Shown here: one piece after another, positions 21,531 through 28,991 of the stretch
Numbering within the stretch: the stretch's first letter is position 1
Layout: each line of letters begins with the position of its first letter
Assembly (NCBI GenBank): GCA_963666975.2
Contig: CAXVYR010000003.1
Span: 320,001 to 384,000, forward strand
Source of the DNA: Terriglobia bacterium
GTDB taxonomy: Bacteria; Acidobacteriota; Terriglobia; 2-12-FULL-54-10
Direction: 5' to 3'
DNA length: 64,000 nucleotides
Translations under genes and position numbers: made by a program
Notes under the pieces: model-generated
What the model was told of the DNA's origin: nothing
What the model saw: the letters and a program-made list of their open reading frames with translations, nothing else
Databases searched by the model: none

Positions 21531-22505
21531 ATGCGAGAGATACGGTATATACAGGCAATCAACGAAGCATTGAGAGAAGAGATGAGGCGAGACCCCCGAG
21601 TGTTCGTACTAGGGGAAGACATTCGCCAAGGGGCCTTCGGGCAAACCAAAGGTTTGGTTCAGGAGTTTGGGGAGACGCGGGTTTTGGATACGCCCATCTC
21701 CGAAAACGGTTTTTGCGGTGCCGCTGTCGGAGCCGCCATGAACGGCCTGCGGCCGGTGGTGGAACTCATGCTCTCGAGCTTCGCCTACCTGGCGATGGAG
21801 CAGATTTTGATGGAGGGCGCACGAATGGAGGGCCGTTACACCTTTGGCAGTCAGATACAGGTGCCCGTCACATTTCGCTTCTTGACTGGAGCGTCCGGCC
21901 ATAATGGACCGCAGCACTCCGACCAACCGTATCCCATGTTCATGAACAATCCTGGACTCAAGATTGTCTTACCATCCACTCCTTTTGATATGAAAGGTCT
22001 GCTCAAGCAAGCCATCCGAGACAATGACCCCGTGTTGGTTTTGGAAAGTATCAACCTGCTGGGGAAACAGGGTTCAGTGCCGGAAGGTGACTACACAGTC
22101 CCTTTCGGCCAAGCCACGTTGCGGAAAGAAGGCACGGACGTCACGGTCGTAGCGCTACTTCACTTAGTCGACGCGGCCTTGGAGGCGGCGCAGATACTGG
22201 AACAGGAGGGGGTTTCTGTTGAGGTCATTGACCCGCGTACACTGGTTCCCTTAGATCGCAGGACCATCTTGGACTCCGTAGCCAAGACCGGACGGTTGGT
22301 GATTGCAGACGACTCGCACCGCACCTGCGGTGCTGCCGCCGAAATAGCCGCCGGGGTGGCCGACGAGGGCTTCGGTTTCCTGAAGGCTCCTATCAAGCGG
22401 GTTACTCGACTGGATGTTCCCATTCCCTACAGTGAGCCTCTGGAAAAGTATGTCCTGCCCAATAAGGACCGAATTTGCCAAGCCGTACGGGATACTCTCC
22501 GCTAA
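21531..22505 (+). CDS. TPP-dependent dehydrogenase E1 beta subunit (AcoB/PdhB-like)
   Basis: GEDI, DTPISE, GLRPVVE, EVIDPRTLVPLD, KTGRLV. Confidence 0.93.
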   Translation: MREIRYIQAINEALREEMRRDPRVFVLGEDIRQGAFGQTKGLVQEFGETRVLDTPISENGFCGAAVGAAMNGLRPVVELMLSSFAYLAMEQILMEGARMEGRYTFGSQIQVPVTFRFLTGASGHNGPQHSDQPYPMFMNNPGLKIVLPSTPFDMKGLLKQAIRDNDPVLVLESINLLGKQGSVPEGDYTVPFGQATLRKEGTDVTVVALLHLVDAALEAAQILEQEGVSVEVIDPRTLVPLDRRTILDSVAKTGRLVIADDSHRTCGAAAEIAAGVADEGFGFLKAPIKRVTRLDVPIPYSEPLEKYVLPNKDRICQAVRDTLR

Positions 22506-22758
22506 CACCTAAACTGACCGCAGCCCTGGGACGCTTCAAAACGAAGGCATGTAGTTTGAACGCCGGTGGAAGTCCACGCGGCAAGCGTTCGGTAGAAACG
22601 CGGCTCGGGTCGTTGAGCCCAGGGGAGAGTTCCTCCAGTTCTCAAGTTGGGACTTTTAGGGGGATGAGGTGGGAAGAGGCGGGGAGGTTGCCTCCCATAG
22701 AGCCCTTCCACCGCAGTCAGGAACACCGCCACCTGGAAGGCAGGCCGGAAGTTCGGAG

Positions 22759-23148
22759 TTACTGCTCTATGACCTTCTCTGATCGGACAGTGAATTGCTG
22801 ATGGACCCGACTCGACCCTTGCCCTTGCGTGATAAACAGCGTGTCGCCAAGTTGCCGCACGTCCAAAAAATCCCCAGGGCGTGTTCCCAGTCGATTCGGA
22901 ACCAAGGTTCGGCCAACAAAGAGGTTGCAGCTTTTCGGTCCTTCGACGGGCTCATGCTCGCCCGACTTGTAGAAGTCGCACGTTGCCGTAATCTGAACGC
23001 GAGTGTGCTCTTCGTTGTTTACACGGATGAGGGTCCATTCACCTGAAGACGCTTGATGGCTCAAGACTTGGTAAAGCTCGGTGGGCTCTCGCCTAGTCGT
23101 GCAGGCCAGTACAAGCAACAAGAGAAAAGGAACTGCGGCGTGTTTCAT
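22759..23148 (-). CDS. Hypothetical lipoprotein
   Basis: MKH + hydrophobic stretch + LAC lipobox. Confidence 0.6.
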   Translation of the reverse strand: MKHAAVPFLLLLVLACTTRREPTELYQVLSHQASSGEWTLIRVNNEEHTRVQITATCDFYKSGEHEPVEGPKSCNLFVGRTLVPNRLGTRPGDFLDVRQLGDTLFITQGQGSSRVHQQFTVRSEKVIEQ

Positions 23149-23613
23149 GTCAGGTCGCCACGCTTATTGGCTGGAGATACGCCAGAGTCTACCACGGCAA
23201 TAGCTCATTCCGGCTTCCGAAGCCCGCTCTGAGCTTCCCGCGCTTCTTCGCATTCGGCTCCTTGTCGTGCTCCTTCTTAATCAGCTCCGCGGCTTTGGTG
23301 AGGTTAGTGGTCAATTTCCAATTCTTCTCTCAGCCTGTTCTTTCTTCCTTCGTCCGCATCTTCAAAAGCTTGAGGCAACGTCACAATCCTCATTTCCAAT
23401 ATTTCGGTAGCGCGACGGATTGCCCATAATACAGGGAGCGTGCCAAGAAACACCGCAAGAGCCATTTCCCCAAAACGTCATAACTACCTCCATTCTCTTA
23501 CTGCCAGCCTCACTGCCGGCGCGGCTTGATTGTTGACGGGATTTGCCGAGAGACTACCACGTCACCGGCCTATTACTGCCAGCCAGAAAAATTAGCCCAG
23601 GCCGAAAAAGAGC

Positions 23614-23641
23614 TTGACATTATGAGACCCTAGAATATCAT
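23614..23641 (+). promoter_or_regulatory. sigma70-like promoter (TTGACA-16 bp-TATCAT), near-leaderless for the HTH gene
   Basis: Perfect -35, with the ATG 7 nt after the -10. Confidence 0.55.
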
Positions 23642-23648
23642 AGTGCCT

Positions 23649-23891
23649 ATGAGCCCTATTTCGACACTTGAAGCGGCAAAGAAGGGCGGGGTTAGCAAGG
23701 CGACGCTGGAAAGGTGGTTGGCCCAGGGCAAAATTAAAGCTCCGAAGCCGCTCCGTGTAGGGCAAAAGGTGTTCCGCCTCTGGACCGACCAAGATATTGA
23801 GCGAGTGAGGCGGCACAAAAAGAAGACGTACTGGAAGGGCCGAGGCCCAAAGCCGAAGGCGGAAGGGCCGAAGCCGAAGGCCAAACGATAA
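23649..23891 (+). CDS. Small HTH DNA-binding protein (excisionase/MerR-like)
   Basis: STLEAAKKGGVSKATLERWLAQGKI...RLWTDQDIERV with a basic tail. Confidence 0.75.
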   Translation: MSPISTLEAAKKGGVSKATLERWLAQGKIKAPKPLRVGQKVFRLWTDQDIERVRRHKKKTYWKGRGPKPKAEGPKPKAKR

Positions 23892-24027
23892 CAAACGCTC
23901 CGCGCCCGGTGCAGACACACCGAACGCAGAGCTAACCACAGCAACCTGCAAGGAGGTCGCAATGGCTGCAAGTATCGTATCACCCACCGAACAATTCCAG
24001 CCGATTCCGAGTCCCGCTACAGCTTCC

Positions 24028-24618
24028 ATGAAAAAGGCCGCCCTCTACGCACGGGTGAGCACCCAAAATGGCCAGAACCCGGAGATGCAACTTAACGAAC
24101 TGCGCTCCTACTGTGAGCGCAGAGGATTGGAGATCGCCGGGGAGTACGTGGACAACGGTGTGAGTGGCGCGAAGGAGCGCCGCCCGCATTTGGACCGTCT
24201 GCTTGCCGATTGCCGACGTAGGATGGTGGATGCGGTTGTGGTGTACCGCTATGACCGCTTTGCCCGGAGCCTGCGCCAACTTGTGAACGCGTTGGAAGAA
24301 TTTCGAGCCTTGGGGATCGACTTCATCAGCTTGCATGAGGGGGTGGACACCAGCACGCCCAACGGCCGGCTTGTGTTCGGGATCTTCGGCAGCATCGCGG
24401 AATTCGAGCGGGAATTGATTCGGAATCGCGTGAAGTCTGGTCTCGCCCACGCCAAAACCAAGGGAGTGAGGCTGGGAAGACCCCGCGTGTATGTGGACCG
24501 CTTCAAGATTGTCCATCTCCGCGATCAGGGACTTGCATGGGCCATGATTGCGAAACAGTTAGGGATTGGTGAAGGAACCGTGCGAAGGGCCTTCCCAAGA
24601 GCGTCTATTTCCAATTAG
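24028..24618 (+). CDS. Small serine recombinase (resolvase/invertase family)
   Basis: YARVSTQ...Q, DNGVSG...RP, DRFARS, IAEFERELIRNR, LGRP + C-terminal HTH. Confidence 0.93.
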   Translation: MKKAALYARVSTQNGQNPEMQLNELRSYCERRGLEIAGEYVDNGVSGAKERRPHLDRLLADCRRRMVDAVVVYRYDRFARSLRQLVNALEEFRALGIDFISLHEGVDTSTPNGRLVFGIFGSIAEFERELIRNRVKSGLAHAKTKGVRLGRPRVYVDRFKIVHLRDQGLAWAMIAKQLGIGEGTVRRAFPRASISN

Positions 24619-24639
24619 CCAACATTGCATCCAGTAGAA

Positions 24640-24695
24640 CGCAGGATAGGTAAACACAACGCCGTTTATCGTGATCTATTCCGGGAGTGCCGTTC
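24640..24695 (+). repeat. Repeat-family core site (ggtaaacacaa CGCCGT ttatcgtgatc) plus flank
   Basis: Aligns with 33153-33206 and 28476-28503. Confidence 0.75.
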
Positions 24696-24929
24696 ACTCA
24701 ACGACCGGATACCCTGAGACTCGGTTCAGCAATTCTGCTGAGGCGCGAGCGGCGGCGGATGTCGCAAAGAGACCGCGAGCACCTGAGCCTATCTGACTCC
24801 CTTTAGCCGGCATTCTTGTTGCAAGAATCCGAGTAGTTAAGTTAACTTAGGTGAGGAGGGTGGCTGTTTAACAGCGAAAAAGCCTATAACCTGGAAAGAG
24901 CGATCCCCGAACGTCCCAGCGGCTCGTTC

Positions 24930-25728
24930 CTATTCCACGGGCCGCGCCGCGTAGTAACCATCGCGGTGCCGTACTGCGTACTTGATTTCCTTACCCTTCG
25001 GATCCGTGACCATCAGCGCGTGGCCGTCCGGTACTACCATCTCCACCTTGATTTTCCGGAATTTTCCGTCTTTTGCCGAGTTTGTCGGGCCGTAGCTGAT
25101 CTGGTATTCGTTGCGCAGCGCGGCGGAGATATCGCGATAAATCCCCGGAAACTCAGCTTCAAACTGCGGGAAGTAAGCACGTCCCCCGGAGAGCCGGGCG
25201 AAGCTGCGGAGCTGGTTGTCGGCTTGCAACAGGGTGATATTGCTGACGGTCGTACAGTTCGTCTCCGATCCCAGCCCCGTCCGAAGAGCGTGCCGGATCG
25301 CGATGGGGTAGATGGCCGTGTCCGAGCCTTGCGCCGCCTTAAGAGCCTGTTCGTAGAGCGTCTTGCTGAAGGTGTCCAAGCCGCTCGAGATCAGCACAAT
25401 CGCGGTCCACTTCGGTGGCAAAGCGGACGGGCGCATCCCGGCTGGCACGTTCACTGACCCTCTGTTGTTGTCGGTCGGAGGGTCGGCTGGGCCGCCGACG
25501 GGGAACCACTACGGTTTCGGCCACGTTTCGGTTTGGGCCGCTCTGCGGCACGGCAGCAGGCCTAGACCTTTCCGTGGAACTGGGTGGCTGGCTCTGCTCC
25601 TGGTTTTCGGGCCGAGCTAGACCCTGCACCGTCCCGGCCAACAAAAAAAAGAGAAGCCCGAACAATAGCACCGCCAAGGAGACAGATGGTCTTTTTCGCA
25701 TGGGATGCTTCTGAAATGGAATTCCCAT
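24930..25728 (-). pseudogene. Acidobacterial VWA-domain protein, internally deleted and frameshifted
   Basis: Signal peptide plus VRFATEVD in one frame; AIVLISSGLDTFS...SGGRAYFP...LRNEYQISYGPTN..KDGKFRKIKV...VRHRDGYYA in another; middle missing. Confidence 0.75.
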
Positions 25729-25766
25729 TATGGCCTCCCGGCAGTGGCAATGATACACCCGTGAGT

Positions 25767-27002
25767 CTAGGGCCTGCGCCCGCGGCCCCGGTTCGAGTTC
25801 GGTCCCCGAATCGAGTTCGATCCCCGAATCGAGTTCGGTCCCCGGTTCGAGTTCGATCCCCGAATCGAGTTCGGTCCCCGGTTCGAGTTCGGTCCCCGGT
25901 TCGAGTTCGGTCCCCGAATCGAGTTCGATCCCCGGTTCGAGTTCGGTCCCCGAATCGAGTTCGGTCCCCGGTTCGAGTTCGGTCCCCGAATCGAGTCCCG
26001 GCCCCGATTGGAATCCCGGCGAGGGTCGCCACTCCTGATCTGGCCTCGCCCCCTCCTCGCATGACCTCCCCCGATGACGATTCGAGGGCTGATGAATCGG
26101 GGGCGGTAGGTGTGCGGGCGATGGATGTGCGGGCGATAGATGCGCGGGGACGGACGAATCACGACGGTGGGTCCGTACACGTGGCGGGGATACGGATCGT
26201 AGTATCCGTAGGGATATCCGTAGTATCCGTAGGGATATCCGTAAGAGAAATGGATGGAGGGTCGGCTCTTGTAATGCCGGCGCGCGGGAACGGCCCGATG
26301 CGTGCGACCGCGCCGCTGGAGCGCCACCGGCTCGTAGTCTTCCTGCCGGACGAGCTGGAAGGCTGCTGCCGAGGAGGCCGTCTCGACCGTGAGCGGCGAC
26401 AGTGTGCGGAAGGTGAGCGTAGACTCGGGATAGACTTCTGTGGGCTTGCCACGGGTGGCCAGAACCCCGATGGTCGAGGCCGCCGCTCCCGCGATCGCTC
26501 CCATGCCTGCGCCAATCCCGCCGTCTACGGCTGCGCCGATCGCCGCTCCGATTCCCGTGGCGGTGCCGATCGCGACTACGTCATTCCCGACAGAAGTCGG
26601 CCCCGCATGCTCGATCCATTCTGTAACCACGAGCAGTTGCGTGCCGTCGACGAGGCTGATCTCGGTCAGCTCCAGACCCAGACTCGACGTTCCGGATCGC
26701 CGCCCGGCTTTCTGCGCCACGACGATGCGTCCCTCCACGGTCTGGCCACGGTGGGCGATGACGAACCCGTTGGCCACCAGCGGCTGCGCCAGCGAGCCGA
26801 TGAAGTAATCGCCCGGCAGATTGTGGTCGCTCGAAATTGGCTGATTCACTCGAATCGAAATCCAAGAGCCGGCCGGCAAGTTCAACTGGGGCGGGGGACT
26901 GCTCCAGCCTACTTGCTGCGCGTTTGCGGACACGGCTCCATTCCAGAGAACCGCGACTGCCAGTGCAAACGAACCGATCGTTATCTTGTGTTTGTTTCCC
27001 AT
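25767..27002 (-). CDS. Secreted hypothetical protein with glycine-zipper-like segment, YGYP repeats and C-terminal RGPNS(N/I) repeats
   Basis: RBS aaggag, signal peptide, LPAGSWISIRVNQPISS beta domain, low-complexity tail. Confidence 0.75.
   Translation of the reverse strand: MGNKHKITIGSFALAVAVLWNGAVSANAQQVGWSSPPPQLNLPAGSWISIRVNQPISSDHNLPGDYFIGSLAQPLVANGFVIAHRGQTVEGRIVVAQKAGRRSGTSSLGLELTEISLVDGTQLLVVTEWIEHAGPTSVGNDVVAIGTATGIGAAIGAAVDGGIGAGMGAIAGAAASTIGVLATRGKPTEVYPESTLTFRTLSPLTVETASSAAAFQLVRQEDYEPVALQRRGRTHRAVPARRHYKSRPSIHFSYGYPYGYYGYPYGYYDPYPRHVYGPTVVIRPSPRIYRPHIHRPHTYRPRFISPRIVIGGGHARRGRGQIRSGDPRRDSNRGRDSIRGPNSNRGPNSIRGPNSNRGSNSIRGPNSNRGPNSNRGPNSIRGSNSNRGPNSIRGSNSIRGPNSNRGRGRRP
25786..26019. 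repeat. 18-bp tandem repeat, about 13 units (CCCCG[GT/AA]TCGAGTTCG[G/A]T)
   Basis: 11 regular plus 2 degenerate units read directly. Confidence 0.95.
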
Positions 27003-27221
27003 GTTGATTCTCCTTTAGAGCAGTTGGGATGTCCGTTCGGGCCCCGCATATAGCCGGAGCCGATGTACTTCCAGCCTTCTGGCAACTGCGGATCCTGTTG
27101 GGCGATGAGAAATAGTGGGATTGCAAGCGTGACGGTCAAGGCAGCAGCGAGTTTCATCTTACCCCCTGTTGTTGAGTTCCTGGAGTTCCCGCCAAGTCCA
27201 TGCTAGGAGCCAATAAGAATT

Positions 27222-27256
27222 AATGCAACATAAAAATTGTTGTATTATGTTGCATT
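27222..27256. promoter_or_regulatory. 12-bp inverted repeat AATGCAACATAA-11-TTATGTTGCATT (operator-like)
   Basis: Perfect IR in an AT-rich patch between divergent genes. Confidence 0.65.
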
Positions 27257-27314
27257 CTCATGATCTGTCTTGTATTCTGGAACGATAAGGATGTAGGACG
27301 AATTGCATAGCCAT

Positions 27315-28361
27315 ATGGCCTCTCGCGCCGACCAACGAGCTCAGAAGGAACTGGCGATTCTCCGCGAACGCTTTACTTCCTTGGAAGAGATGGCGGAAGC
27401 CTTGCGCGTCCATACAGGGTTTGAACAACTGCATCGCGCCACCCTATCCCGATGGATGGAACGTCCATCCGCCCGGTCGTCTCTGGCGGTCCAGATTCTG
27501 AATGCCCGCTTGCCTCCCGCGCGGCTTCGCATCGCGGAGCCGCATAGCTTGTCAGTACTTCCTTCTGCAATGCTCAGTTGGGAAGCGCAACTGCGCAAGC
27601 CTTATGGGCTGCTGCAAAAGCGATACGGACTTGCCACGGCAGAAGAGAAAACACGGAGCGGGGGTGATGCTTTCGAGTTGCTCGCCAAGGCCCGGGCGGA
27701 GATCGCCCTGGGCTCCACGGACCTGCTGACTCAATTGGGGCCCGATTGCCTGCGGGTCTGCTCTTTGTCGAAAGTTTACATCACCGGCGTTGCGCGTGTG
27801 CGGATTGAATCCGTGTCGGACCTGCAGGGCAAAACCTTCGGGTACTTGAAAGGTTCCGCATTTGGGATGCGACTGGAGCATCTCACCCGGACGTGGGGAA
27901 TTCGCCTGCCTACGCCTCTGAGTCTGGAGACGGTGAAACACTGCTGTCGGGCACTCCAGGCGGGAGGGATTCAAGGGATGTTTGGCTCGGAGCCATCCGT
28001 AAGCCAGGTCTCCCGGGCTCTCGGACGGTCGGTGCCGCTTTTTCCCATTCGGCAGGGCCTTCTCGGCTCCACCGAGATGCACGTGGCGGTCAACCTGCGG
28101 ACGGTGCATCCGGCGACAGTGCGGGCTTACTTATCCAGCTTGCAGGAAGCAATCCGTTACACGAATGGTCGAAAAGCGGTTCCGGCGTTCCATGCCGAGA
28201 TCGCTTCTCGATACCAGATGAATCCTTGGGACGTGCGGAACGTCCTCACGAATATTCATTTTTCTCTGGGTGACTTCGAGCCGGCCGCCCTACTCCGACT
28301 CTGGGAGCGCGAGGTCGTGGAACTGCGCAAGGGGGTTTGCGGGCCCGTCGGGGAGCGTTGA
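27315..28361 (+). CDS. Hypothetical protein: HTH-like N-terminus fused to periplasmic-binding-protein type 2-like domain
   Basis: SLEEMAEAL...LHRATLSRW; IESVSDLQGKTFGYLKGS, GGIQG...EP, AYLSSLQEAIRY resemble SsuA/NMT1 folds; no signal peptide. Confidence 0.6.
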   Translation: MASRADQRAQKELAILRERFTSLEEMAEALRVHTGFEQLHRATLSRWMERPSARSSLAVQILNARLPPARLRIAEPHSLSVLPSAMLSWEAQLRKPYGLLQKRYGLATAEEKTRSGGDAFELLAKARAEIALGSTDLLTQLGPDCLRVCSLSKVYITGVARVRIESVSDLQGKTFGYLKGSAFGMRLEHLTRTWGIRLPTPLSLETVKHCCRALQAGGIQGMFGSEPSVSQVSRALGRSVPLFPIRQGLLGSTEMHVAVNLRTVHPATVRAYLSSLQEAIRYTNGRKAVPAFHAEIASRYQMNPWDVRNVLTNIHFSLGDFEPAALLRLWEREVVELRKGVCGPVGER

Positions 28362-28512
28362 TCAGGAGCGCCTCGGTGCAGTGCATTGCTAGTGCAACTA
28401 CTTGGTTTGAATGGGATTCGGTCGTGTTTCGCCGGATAGGTCCTCACTAGTCGCCTAGCGTTTACCTATCCGGCTCGCAGGATAGGTCGCCACTACGCCG
28501 TTACTCATTACC
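28355..28512 (+). repeat. Dispersed non-coding repeat, internally deleted copy ending in a CGCCGT core site
   Basis: Shares agcgttgat..ggagcgcctcggtgc, acttggtttgaatgg and ccggataggtcct...gtcgcctag.gtttac with 36855-37044. Confidence 0.8.
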
Positions 28513-28991
28513 TATCTCCGCAGACAGGTCCACTGAGGGTGATTCTGCTGGGGAGCCAACTTCGGAAATGGGGGCGATTGATCCAGAGATTGTCCGCGCG
28601 AGGCTGCCGTCTCCAAACTCCTGGCTCTTGCAAGCAGCCCGGCGCAGTTCTTAGGAGATCTTTTGCCTTGACACCGCCTTCGCCCTTATCGATGGTATAG
28701 AAATTCTCGGATCGGTCAGGCAGCCGAAGCATTGCATACGGCACCTTCCCTTTTTTTCTTGGTGACCGGTTCTTCTTTATGGCAAGCGGCCCTCCATGAC
28801 CGCTGACCATTAATGAAGCTAGGAACCTCAGCGACGCATAGTTCCCGAGTGCTCCCTCAACAACCCATTCCGGGAGTATGGTCGCCAACTCGGAAAAAAT
28901 CCCAGTGCCTTGCGGCTCCTCCTCTGACGCAGCGGCCGCCTGGCCTAATCGGCATACCGAAAAGGTGAGCCGCGATCTGCATCGCCACGGC

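Noticed and set aside
22500-22530. attC start (CGCTAAC...) after the E1 beta gene
   Set aside because: No complementary half or GTT core found downstream.
25786-26019. Possible CRISPR array
   Set aside because: Units are contiguous 18-mers without unique spacers, in frame within a CDS; no cas genes in the window.
25584-27053. 489-aa + strand ORF
   Set aside because: Antisense shadow of the 25767-27002 gene, which has the RBS and signal peptide.
28508-28888. 126-aa - strand ORF after recD2
   Set aside because: No recognisable motifs or RBS; cannot support it as a gene.
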